Positions 10,599 through 19,339 of a stretch of DNA of 64,000 nucleotides are shown in pieces. This DNA is from an uncultured Desulfosarcina sp. Its GTDB lineage: Bacteria > Desulfobacterota > Desulfobacteria > Desulfobacterales > Desulfosarcinaceae. The stretch spans positions 128,001 through 192,000 of the forward strand of contig CAXXWQ010000002.1 in the NCBI GenBank assembly GCA_963674945.2. Direction: 5' to 3'. The notes beneath the pieces are model-generated. The model was not told the origin of the DNA and did not search any database. It worked only from the letters and a program-made list of their open reading frames with translations. Made by a program: the position numbers and the translations under genes. Position 1 is the stretch's first letter. Every line of letters begins with the position of its first letter.

Positions 10599-10744
10599 TT
10601 TTTCAATCCTTTCTCATTTGCCACGGACGCACACGGACTTACACAGACGGATTTTCTGCAGTCTGCGGCTGGTAAATTCAATGCCATAAGTTCAATAACT
10701 GTTTGTTATGGCTGAAAGATTGAAATTCGGATACAGCCTCTTTC

Positions 10745-10888
10745 GTGTCCGTCCAGAAATGGTAGATCATGGCGCAGGCCAAGGCCGCAGCGACGTCGAA
10801 ACCGGAGGCGTAGCAGCGCTACGTTGAGGATTTCGGCGGAGCGGAGAACGCCGGCATGGGCCATGAGATGCCGTTTCTGGATGGACAC
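10745..10888. repeat. MITE-like element, TIR type A
   Basis: TIRs GTGTCCGTCCAGAAA / TTTCTGGATGGACAC (14/15); core CAAGGC..GAGGCGTA..TACGT..AACGCCG. Confidence 0.75.
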
Positions 10889-11205
10889 TAGTTAATCAAA
10901 CGCTCTTCCACCACCTCCCCATCCTCCAAAGCATCCAAGATCTGGTCGACGATCTCTTCACTCTCCACATTGCCGTACCAATGCCCCATGGGGTAAATAA
11001 CCATTACCGGTCCGTAATCACAGGCCTTCATGCATCCAGTCGCTGTGACCTGTGCATCCAGGCCACGATCGAGAAGTTCGTTTTCGATGTAGGGAAGCAG
11101 ATCGGTCGATCCCTTTTTATGGCAGACGCCCTTTGGATCACCATCGGCTCGAAAACTGGCACAGACAAAGATGTGATGTTCGGGTTTATCCATTTTTTCC
11201 TCCAT
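10888..11205 (-). CDS. Thioredoxin-like [2Fe-2S] ferredoxin (nif-associated)
   Basis: HIFVC..GVC..TGCMKACDYGPVMVIYP..WYG. Confidence 0.88.
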   Translation of the reverse strand: MEEKMDKPEHHIFVCASFRADGDPKGVCHKKGSTDLLPYIENELLDRGLDAQVTATGCMKACDYGPVMVIYPMGHWYGNVESEEIVDQILDALEDGEVVEERLIN

Positions 11206-11329
11206 TTCAATATGTGAGCGTATACAAGTTGGTTTGATGTTTCCGATTCACTTCTGACAATCGCCCTACATTTATTTTTTATCTCCCATATGGTGCGTTC
11301 GGGTAGGTCGCTTTTGTACCTTCACCCCA

Positions 11330-11461
11330 CATCCTGTCTGTGGCAGGCCACTTTTGGTTCCAGACAGGGCCGCAGGCCTTTCGCGACCGCAGGCGTAGCT
11401 TTATACTACGTTGAGGAGCGCGAAAGGACGAGAACGCCGGCTGGAGCTTACGGACAGGATG
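11330..11461. repeat. MITE-like element, TIR type C
   Basis: Inverted ends CATCCTGTCTGT / ACGGACAGGATG; same core as 10745-10888. Confidence 0.65.
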
Positions 11462-12281
11462 GGTAGCTTAACCGCAGTCCATCCCATTTCCCCCGCACCC
11501 ACTCCCACATGCGGTGACCGTCCGTTTGGTCATGTGGCCCATGGATTCGCCGGCAAATACTGCGCGCACGGCCTCATCGATCAATCCTTCGATCTCCAGC
11601 ACCTCGATCCCCGCAGCCGAGAGCGCCTTTTTCGGATTGTCTCCCACGCCGCTGACCAAAAGGGTGCTGCAGTCCGAGAAGGTCTGGGCCATCTCTTCCC
11701 AGCGCTTCATCCCACTGCCCTTGGCCGGGGTGACCCGTGCCTCCAGCAATTGGACACGGCCTTCCTTTTCTCCATACACGAGCAGTTTTTGTGCTTCACC
11801 CAGATGCTGGTTCACCAGAACACCCTCCATACTGGCCACGGCAATGCATGGACGCGGTGAAACCCGACCCAGCCTCGGCTTTTTCACTTCCAGTCGACGA
11901 CAGGCGGTGAGGGTATCGGCCAACTGTGCATCGGGTTCTTCTCCCAGCAAACCCACAGCGTCTGCCCGGCAGCGCGTGCAATGCCTCATCTGTTTGACGT
12001 GAACGGCTGCGGTGGCCCGGATCGTATCGACCGTTTCCTTATCCGGTTCGGAAAGATGCTCGAAATCGCTGCCGGCGTTGGGGTAGTATGGCATTGCGTT
12101 GAACAGATCCACGCCAAGGGCCGCCATTTTTTCAGCCACGGTTTCGATGTGATGTTCGTTGATACCGGGCAGGATGATGCTGTTCACCTTTACGATCATG
12201 GTGTGTTTTCGGCAAGCGTGCATGAAATCCGCTGAGAGATGGGATATTATCGGTTGACCCCAATAATAAGGAGGCCCGCCG

Positions 12282-12695
12282 ATGAATGACGATATCCAAG
12301 ATGTTTCTATAATCGCTCCCAGCCTTGAGCAAGTTCAACAGCGGTTTGAATCCTGGCGAAAGCTGCGAAAGAAACGCACCCGAATTCCCCAAAACCTTTG
12401 GCAGGCAGCGGTCGCGCTATCAGAAGAGTACTCCATCTACCACCTGTCAAAGGCCCTGCGTGTAAACTACACGACGTTAAAGAAAAAAGTTGCCGGTACT
12501 CACTTGCCGGAAGAACACCCGTGCGAGATTTTCTCCACACCCTTTATAGAATTGCCGGCTCCGGCACCCCTTCTACCTGAATCCACCATCGAAATGATCA
12601 AAACGAACGGTTCGGTCATGAGAATGAATGTAAAAGGAGCCACCTGTTCCGATCTGGTGGAACTGGGAAAAGCATTTTTGGCTATGGCTTCATGA
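12282..12695 (+). CDS. tnpA: IS66 accessory protein TnpA-like (HTH)
   Basis: SD AAGGAGG; RIPQNLWQAAV..LSKALRVNY HTH, FIEL; ATGA overlap with tnpB. Confidence 0.75.
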   Translation: MNDDIQDVSIIAPSLEQVQQRFESWRKLRKKRTRIPQNLWQAAVALSEEYSIYHLSKALRVNYTTLKKKVAGTHLPEEHPCEIFSTPFIELPAPAPLLPESTIEMIKTNGSVMRMNVKGATCSDLVELGKAFLAMAS

Positions 12696-13048
12696 TTGCC
12701 ATCACGCCACACATGCGGATTTTTGTTGCAGTGGAGCCGGCTGATTTTCGAAAAGGCATCGACGGATTAGCCAAGCTTTGCCGTGACCATCTCAAGGCGG
12801 ACCCATTTTCCGGTGCCGTATTTGTTTTTCGCAACAAACGGGCCACGGCATTGAAAATTATTGTATACGACGGCCAGGGATTCTGGCTTTGTCAAAAGCG
12901 GCTGTCGAAAGGGCGGTTTACCTGGTGGCCCAATGGCACGGATGATGTCTTGCGTCGGCTCAATGCGTATCAACTGCAATCGCTGATTTGGAACGGAGAC
13001 CTTGCCACCATCGAGGTCGCCCCGCATTGGAAAAAGATTCATGCATAG
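12692..13048 (+). CDS. tnpB: IS66 accessory protein TnpB
   Basis: ADFRKGIDGL..DPFSGAVFVFRNKR..YDGQGFWLCQKRLSKGRF. Confidence 0.93.
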   Translation: MIAITPHMRIFVAVEPADFRKGIDGLAKLCRDHLKADPFSGAVFVFRNKRATALKIIVYDGQGFWLCQKRLSKGRFTWWPNGTDDVLRRLNAYQLQSLIWNGDLATIEVAPHWKKIHA

Positions 13049-13080
13049 GGGCTTGCGTTCCAGTAACGAGTGTGCTATGA

Positions 13081-13974
13081 ATGCCGACCATGGAAACGAT
13101 TCTCACCTACCGCGGCAAAACCGTAACAGTTCAGGATGCGGCGTTTATCCAGCAGCTGATCGACCGAAACCCGAGCGACAGCCGAAGACGCCTTTCCGTC
13201 AAACTTTGCCAAGCCTGGGATTGGCGCCAAGCCAACGGCGCCTTTCGGGATATGGTCTGCCGGGGCTTGATGCTCGCTCTTCACCGGGCCGGGCACATTC
13301 GATTGCCGGCCAAAAAAATGACCCCGAACAATCCTTTGGCCAGACGAAAAGAGCCTGAGAACATCACCATTGAGCGATGCCCGATAGAAAGCAAGCTGTC
13401 AGCCATTACCCCCCTTACATTCCGACAGGTTCGCCGAACCGATGCCGAACCGTTGTTCAACAGCTTGTTGGAACAGTACCATTATTTGGGCTACACCCAG
13501 CCGGTCGGTGAACACCTGAAATACATCGTTTATTCTCAAAAGCGGCCCATCGCGTGCCTGTCCTGGTCATCGGCCGCCAGGCATATCGGATGCCGTGACC
13601 GGTTCATCGGTTGGTCCCAGCATCGGCGAATGGCGAACCTGCATTTGATGGCATACAACAGCCGCTTTTTGATATTGCCCTGGGTTCGCGTATCACACCT
13701 GGCCTCTCATATTCTGGGGCGGATGCGTCGTATCCTGCCAACGGATTGGCAAGCGATATACAATCATCCCATTTATTATCTGGAAACCTTCGTGGACAAG
13801 GACCGGTTTGCCGGCACCTGTTACAACGCCGCCAACTGGATTTACCTGGGAGATACCACCGGCCGTGGGAAGAATGACCAAACCCACCGGCCGAACCGAT
13901 CCATCAAAGCGGTTTGGGGATATCCGCTGGTCAAGATGTTCAGATCTCGTCTTACCGCAGGAAAAAGCGCATGA
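13081..13974 (+). CDS. DUF4338 / Druantia DruA-like domain protein (alternative start 13090)
   Basis: HYLGY..RDRFIGW..NSRFLILPWV..LASHIL..LETFVD..GTCYNAANW..GDTTGRG. Confidence 0.85.
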   Translation: MPTMETILTYRGKTVTVQDAAFIQQLIDRNPSDSRRRLSVKLCQAWDWRQANGAFRDMVCRGLMLALHRAGHIRLPAKKMTPNNPLARRKEPENITIERCPIESKLSAITPLTFRQVRRTDAEPLFNSLLEQYHYLGYTQPVGEHLKYIVYSQKRPIACLSWSSAARHIGCRDRFIGWSQHRRMANLHLMAYNSRFLILPWVRVSHLASHILGRMRRILPTDWQAIYNHPIYYLETFVDKDRFAGTCYNAANWIYLGDTTGRGKNDQTHRPNRSIKAVWGYPLVKMFRSRLTAGKSA

Positions 13975-15530
13975 CACCGCCGCCCATCGAACTTTCGGCC
14001 GAGGAGCTTAACGCACTGATCGATCGGGTCAAATCTCGCAGCCTTTTGGATAAGGATTATGCAACTATTGCGGCCATGGGCGAGACGATCAACGTGTTGA
14101 GTCACAGTGTGGATGAAAAAGCCGCATCCATCAAACGCTTGCTGAAAATGATCTTCGGCGCATCCACGGAAAAAACCGATACCATTGTCAAAAAACGAAA
14201 ACCGAAGAGCGCTGATAAAACGCCCAAGGCCAAGAAAAAAGGCCATGGCCGAAATGGGGCTGATGATTACACCGGTGCCGAGAAGATCACGGTGTCTCAT
14301 GGTGAGCTTAAACATAAAGATCCGTGCCCGCTTTGTCCCAAGGGCAAGGTCTATGTATATAAACAGCCCAAAACCCTCATCCGTGTCACCGGCACCTCGC
14401 CGTTAACAGCGTCGATATACGAGCTGGAAAAATTGCGCTGTAATCTGTGTGGAGAGATTTTTACGGCCGATGCCCCACGGGATGTCGGCGAGGAAAAATA
14501 CGATGCATCCGCCGGAGCAATGATTGCTCTTTTAAAATATGGCAACGGCTTTCCTTTCTACCGGCTTCAAAATCTGCAGGACAGTATCGGCATACCGCTG
14601 CCTGCATCGACCCAATGGGATATTGTCAGGGATTTTTATTGGCACGCCTACCCGGCCTTTGATGAACTGATCCGGCAAGCGGCTGGCGCAAAGCTGATCC
14701 ATAATGACGACACCACCATGAAAATTCTTTCTTTGGTCAACGAAACACAAGATGCCAAAAGAAAGGGCATTTTTACCAGCGGCATGGTGGCGGTGTCGGA
14801 CGATCACAAAATCGGGCTGTTTTTTACCGGAAACAACCATGCCGGAGAAAACCTGGCGGATCTACTTACCAAGCGCCAGGCCGATCTGGGTCCGCCGATC
14901 CAGATGTGCGACGCGCTGTCGAGAAATGTGCCCAAGGATTTTGAAACCCTTTTGGCCAACTGCATCTCACATGGAAGGCGGCGCTTCGTGGATGTATACG
15001 ATAACTTCCCGGACGAATGCACTCATGTACTCAACGTGTTGGGCAAGGTGTATAAAAACGATGCCGATGCCAGGGAGCAAAACCTTTCTGACGATCAGCG
15101 CCTCGAATACCATCGGAACCATAGCGGTTCGTTGATGAAGGATCTTAGAGACTGGTTTGATGAGCAGTTCGAGGAAAAAAATGTGGAGCCCAACTCCGGG
15201 CTTGGCCAGGCCATCAAGTATATGTGCAACCACTGGGAGAAACTGACCCTGTTTTTACGTCAGCCGGGTGCCCCGTTAGACAATAATGTTTGTGAACGCG
15301 CCTTGAAAAAAGCGATTTTGAATCGGAAAAACGCCTTGTTCTACAAGACTGAACGTGGTGCCCGAGTCGGTGACCTGTTTATGAGCCTGATCCACACCTG
15401 CGAACTATGCACTGCAAATCCTTTTGACTATCTGGTTGCCATCCGGGAACACTCAGAGCAGGTGAAAGCCCGCCCGGATCAATGGATGCCGTGGAATTAT
15501 GAACGGCAGACCTCTGAAATCAACTCCTAA
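13971..15530 (+). CDS. tnpC: IS66 DDE transposase TnpC
   Basis: CPLC / CNLC zinc finger, HNDDT, MCDALSRN, CISHGRRRF, DNNVCERALK; ATGA overlap with DUF4338 gene. Confidence 0.93.
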   Translation: MTPPPIELSAEELNALIDRVKSRSLLDKDYATIAAMGETINVLSHSVDEKAASIKRLLKMIFGASTEKTDTIVKKRKPKSADKTPKAKKKGHGRNGADDYTGAEKITVSHGELKHKDPCPLCPKGKVYVYKQPKTLIRVTGTSPLTASIYELEKLRCNLCGEIFTADAPRDVGEEKYDASAGAMIALLKYGNGFPFYRLQNLQDSIGIPLPASTQWDIVRDFYWHAYPAFDELIRQAAGAKLIHNDDTTMKILSLVNETQDAKRKGIFTSGMVAVSDDHKIGLFFTGNNHAGENLADLLTKRQADLGPPIQMCDALSRNVPKDFETLLANCISHGRRRFVDVYDNFPDECTHVLNVLGKVYKNDADAREQNLSDDQRLEYHRNHSGSLMKDLRDWFDEQFEEKNVEPNSGLGQAIKYMCNHWEKLTLFLRQPGAPLDNNVCERALKKAILNRKNALFYKTERGARVGDLFMSLIHTCELCTANPFDYLVAIREHSEQVKARPDQWMPWNYERQTSEINS

Positions 15531-16181
15531 CCGTGGGCAGGGGCTTATCACCCTGCCTACGTAGCCATTCTGTCAGCACCGTAGCCCCGCCTTGAGAAAA
15601 ATCTGCTTACGCACCGTTGCCGAAAGGACACCGATCATGTCATTTTCCTTGAGTGCGCCAATGGCCGCCATCTGCTTCTCCAAGAGGATCGCCGCCCCTT
15701 GCTGGGCGCGAACCACCCGTTTTCCCACACGCATCCAGGAGTAGATCTTCTCTCCGATTGCAGGGGCCACAGCGTTGACAGTGACCGTCACGTGACTTAC
15801 GGCAAGCTTTTTCAGATCATCCACATAAGGCAGCAGGTTGAGACCGTTTGTGGCAACACATAATATGGTGTCAGGATACCGGGATCTGACACGCGACAGG
15901 GTCTCCATCGTCTCATGGGGGTTGGCGAATGGATCTCCCGGTCCGGCGATACCCACAACGGAGATGTTTCCCTTCTTGGCGAAGACCTCTTCGAGATAGA
16001 CCATGGCTTGGCCAGGGGAGAGAATGGCACTGGTTACGCCGGGGCGAGTTTCGTTGACGCAGTCGAATTTTCGATTGCAGAATTTACACTGGATGTTGCA
16101 CCGGGGGGCCACCGGCAGGTGCACCCGTCCGAAGGATTTGCAGGCGCCGGGGTTAAAGCAGGGGTGATTATTTAGGTTCAT

Positions 16182-16281
16182 GGTTCTCCGTTCTCCGTTT
16201 TCGGTGCATGGTTTTCAGTTTTCGGTCTGGTGACGACTGGTTACCGACAACTGATTACTCACTACTCATCACCGATCACTC
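16182..16281. repeat. Degenerate heptamer tandem array filling nifN-nifB spacer
   Basis: GGTTCTC CGTTCTC CGTTTTC..; TTACCGA CAACTGA TTACTCA CTACTCA TCACCGA. Confidence 0.7.
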
Positions 16282-17658
16282 TTACATGTATGTGTAACCA
16301 ACGTCGGATGCCTCCTGCCTTTCCTGAATCAACGTATTTGCGATCCGATCGAATAGCTGCTGGGCACCTCGATACCCCACGTGAAGCAGTCGGCTTCCGT
16401 TGACGCGATCATGCACGGGAAAGCCCGCTCGTATCAGGGGACGTTTCAAACGCCGTGACATGGTATAGCCTTTGCTGTGTCCGATGAGGAGATCCACACC
16501 GATTTTCTCCAGCGTCTTTTCGATGGTCACGAAATCCACATCTTCTAAAATTTTCATTTGCTCATGGTATTTTTCCGGAACGATGCTGTGGATGACCTGA
16601 GCGAATCGACCGTTGCCGCCGCCGGTGCCGCACAAAACGGGTACGATGCCGATTTCCGAACAGAATCCCGCCAGTCCGGCCACCAGATCTTCCTCTCCGA
16701 ATAGTGCGGCCCGAACGCCGTTGAGGTGCTTGTGGCCGTCCACCAAGGCATCCAACAATCGCCCGCGTTGGGCCGTATATCGTTCGGGGATGGGCCGGCC
16801 GCCAACTGTTGAGAGGTGTTTGAAGAACCGGTCCGATGCCGCGATGCCGATGGGAAGCCCAATGCGATACAGGGGAACGTCGAAGTTCTCTTTCAGAAAG
16901 TTGCCGGCCGTATCCTTTTCTCCGGCAAGGACCAGACCGCATTCAATGGAAGCGGCACTGCTGCCCATGCTGCGCAGGGCACCGACGGGAGTCCCTCCTT
17001 TGGGGATACGCTGGTATTCGGTCCACAAGGGGCCGTTCAGGGTGTCGCTGTAGTCGGGCACCAGGACGCTTTGCAGGCCAAAGTCGCCGATAATCTCTTT
17101 GAGATGTCTCAGGTCGGCGGGAGAGACCATTCCCGGAAACAAATTGATCCGAAGTCTATCGTCATCGGGCGGAACAGAGTCGGCCAGCGTTTTGACCAAT
17201 GCGTGTACGGCACCGTGAAATCCCTGCATGTGGGTTCCCTGGTAGCTGGGCGTTGCCACATGGACAAGGGCCGGCAGGTTCTCCTCATCCGGGCATCCTT
17301 GCCTGTAAGCCTTGATGAACATGGGCACGTCATCGCCGATGGTCTCGGAAAGACAGGTGGTGGCGATTCCGATCAATTCCGGATCGTACTGGCTCCGGAT
17401 GTTGTCCAGGGCGATCTTCAGGTTGGCACCGCCACCGAAGATGGCCGTCTCCTCACCGAAATTGGAACATGCGATGTCAAGCGGCTCCTTGAAGTGGCTG
17501 ATCATGTATCGCCGGATGTAGGTGGAGCATCCCTGGGAGCCATGGAGCAGGGGTACGCTGTTTTCGATTCCTTTGAATACCAGGGCTGCGCCCAGGGGAG
17601 CACACAGATTACATGCATTCTGGGTGGCTGTATATTCGGTGCGAGTGGCGGATTTCAT
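16282..17658 (-). CDS. nifN: Nitrogenase FeMo-cofactor scaffold subunit NifN
   Basis: CAPLGA, HGSQGCSTY, TTCLSETIGDD; follows nifE. Confidence 0.88.
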   Translation of the reverse strand: MKSATRTEYTATQNACNLCAPLGAALVFKGIENSVPLLHGSQGCSTYIRRYMISHFKEPLDIACSNFGEETAIFGGGANLKIALDNIRSQYDPELIGIATTCLSETIGDDVPMFIKAYRQGCPDEENLPALVHVATPSYQGTHMQGFHGAVHALVKTLADSVPPDDDRLRINLFPGMVSPADLRHLKEIIGDFGLQSVLVPDYSDTLNGPLWTEYQRIPKGGTPVGALRSMGSSAASIECGLVLAGEKDTAGNFLKENFDVPLYRIGLPIGIAASDRFFKHLSTVGGRPIPERYTAQRGRLLDALVDGHKHLNGVRAALFGEEDLVAGLAGFCSEIGIVPVLCGTGGGNGRFAQVIHSIVPEKYHEQMKILEDVDFVTIEKTLEKIGVDLLIGHSKGYTMSRRLKRPLIRAGFPVHDRVNGSRLLHVGYRGAQQLFDRIANTLIQERQEASDVGYTYM

Positions 17659-17678
17659 CGGATGGCTTCCTCGTAGTT

Positions 17679-17888
17679 TTAATGAGGTATAGAAATCCCG
17701 GTCCTATGAACCAGGCAAGAGTTCATTGGCTCTGTTGTATGCTTGTTACAAGAATCCAGAAGCCAGAATTCAGAATCCAGAATCAGGTATTCGCCTTCGG
17801 CTCGATCCATATTATCCAATCGATGAAGCGAAGCGACATCAGATTTATTCTGGCTCCTGAATACTGGCTTCTGACTTCTGTGGTTTCC
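17679..17888 (-). repeat. Dispersed intercistronic repeat, family R1 copy 2
   Basis: AATCAGGTATTCGCCTTCGGCTCGATCCATATTATCCAATCGATG is identical to copy 3; fills nifE-nifN spacer. Confidence 0.9.
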
Positions 17889-17890
17889 TG

Positions 17891-19303
17891 TCATCGCAGC
17901 GTATCCTCTTCTATGGCGCCTAAAGCCGAGTACTCTGGACTCGGATCTTTGCTTTTTGCGTGACGGGTGGGGACGAACTGCCACACCGGGCTGGTCACCG
18001 ATGTGTGAACCTCCCTGGCGAACTGCAGCATACCGGCGAATCCGGCAAGGGGAATCTTTCGTTCGTGGTTGTGGTCGCAAAAGCCGATGCCCATCTTGAA
18101 GGCGATGGGACGCTCCTTGACGCCACCGATGAACAGATCGGCCTTCTTCTCGATGATATATTTGGATAGCTCCAGTGGATTGGCGTCATCCAATATGATC
18201 GTGCCCTCATCACACATCTGTTGCAGTGTTTCGTAATCGTCCTCGTTGCCGGTCTGAGAACCAACCAACACGACTTGCATCCCCAGGTAGCGAAGGGCCT
18301 TGATCAGGGAAAAGGCCTTGAAGGCGCCGCCCACATAAATTGCAGCACGCTTGCCGTATAGGTCACGCCGCATGCGGTTGAGTTCCGGCATGATGCCTTT
18401 TACCTCCCGGCGAACGATTTCACGAGTGCAGTCCATGACTTCCGGATGATCGGGAAAGTGTTCTGCCACGTCATAAAGGGCCTTTGCCATATCGTCGATG
18501 CCGAAATAGGAGGCACGAATATAGGGAATGCCGTATTTCTCCTTCATCATGTCCGCCAGAAAAGTCAGGGCGCCGGAGCACTGCACCACGTTTAAGGCCG
18601 CACCATGACTACGTTTGATCTGTTCAACGCGACCGTCACCGGTCATGATGGAAACCACCTGGATACCCATCTCCTCGTAGTATTTCTTGATCAGCCAGGC
18701 TTCGCCGCCGATGTTGAATTCACCTAAAATATTGATGCTCACCGGGGATGTCGCTTCGGCGGAATCCGTTCCAACCAGCTTGAACAGGGCGTCGCAGGCG
18801 GCCTTGTAGCCGTCCTTCTTTGTCCCCTTGAACCCTTCCGAATGGACGGGGAGAACAGGGATCCCCTTTTCTTCTCCCACTTTTCGACAAACGGCTGCCA
18901 CATCATCGCCGATAATTCCCACGATACAGGTGGAATAGACGAATGCGGCCCTGGGCTGGTAGGTGTCGATCAATTCGGAGAGGGCCGAAGCCAGTTTTTT
19001 CTCACCTCCGAAGATCACGTCCTTTTCCCGCAGGTCTGTGGAGAAGCTCATGCGGTGCAACTCCGGTCCCGAAGAGAGGGCACCGCGAATGTCCCAAGTG
19101 TAGGCGGCGCAGCCGATGGGGCCGTGGATCAGATGCAGGGCATCGGCAATGGGATAGAGCACCACGCGCGAACCGCAGAACACGCAGGCTCGTTGGCTGA
19201 CAGAACCGGCCAGGCTGTGTTTGCCGCAGGCCATCTCGAACGGTTCGGCTCCCTTTTGGTGGATCTGTGCCCTGCGTTCATGCAAAATAGGGATGGAGGA
19301 CAT
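17891..19303 (-). CDS. nifE: Nitrogenase FeMo-cofactor scaffold subunit NifE
   Basis: SQRACVFCGSRVV, HGPIGCAAYTWDIRG, VVQCS, DHNHERK. Confidence 0.93.
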   Translation of the reverse strand: MSSIPILHERRAQIHQKGAEPFEMACGKHSLAGSVSQRACVFCGSRVVLYPIADALHLIHGPIGCAAYTWDIRGALSSGPELHRMSFSTDLREKDVIFGGEKKLASALSELIDTYQPRAAFVYSTCIVGIIGDDVAAVCRKVGEEKGIPVLPVHSEGFKGTKKDGYKAACDALFKLVGTDSAEATSPVSINILGEFNIGGEAWLIKKYYEEMGIQVVSIMTGDGRVEQIKRSHGAALNVVQCSGALTFLADMMKEKYGIPYIRASYFGIDDMAKALYDVAEHFPDHPEVMDCTREIVRREVKGIMPELNRMRRDLYGKRAAIYVGGAFKAFSLIKALRYLGMQVVLVGSQTGNEDDYETLQQMCDEGTIILDDANPLELSKYIIEKKADLFIGGVKERPIAFKMGIGFCDHNHERKIPLAGFAGMLQFAREVHTSVTSPVWQFVPTRHAKSKDPSPEYSALGAIEEDTLR

Positions 19304-19339
19304 GATATTCTCCTGCATATGGGGATCGGGTGATTTGTC

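Larger units (their letters stand above)
12201..15631 (+). mobile_element. IS66-family insertion sequence (3431 bp) with DUF4338 passenger gene
   Basis: 8-bp TSD CGATCATG at 12193-12200 and 15632-15639; TIRs GTGTGTTTTCGGCAAGCGTGC vs GTGTCCTTTCGGCAACGGTGC (17/21); tnpA/tnpB/tnpC-like ORFs. Confidence 0.95.
11468..16181 (-). pseudogene. nifB: Nitrogenase cofactor biosynthesis protein NifB, interrupted by IS66 (parts 16181-15632 and 12192-11468)
   Basis: N-part HPCF..HLPVAPRCNIQCKFC..AGPGDP; C-part CTRCRADAVG plus NifX-like domain; removing the IS and one TSD restores in-frame KENDMIVKVN, 424 aa. Confidence 0.95.

Noticed and set aside
11468..12223. ORFs 11468-12223 and 15573-16181 as two independent genes
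   Set aside because: They are halves of nifB; their MHACRKHT start and GVLSATV.. tail come from the IS ends.
12692..13048. TnpB as an RNA-guided nuclease
   Set aside because: This is the 118-aa IS66 accessory TnpB, unrelated to IS200/IS605 TnpB; no RuvC motifs.
13081..13974. Complete Druantia defence system
   Set aside because: No DruE helicase or other dru genes nearby; only the DUF4338 domain inside an IS.
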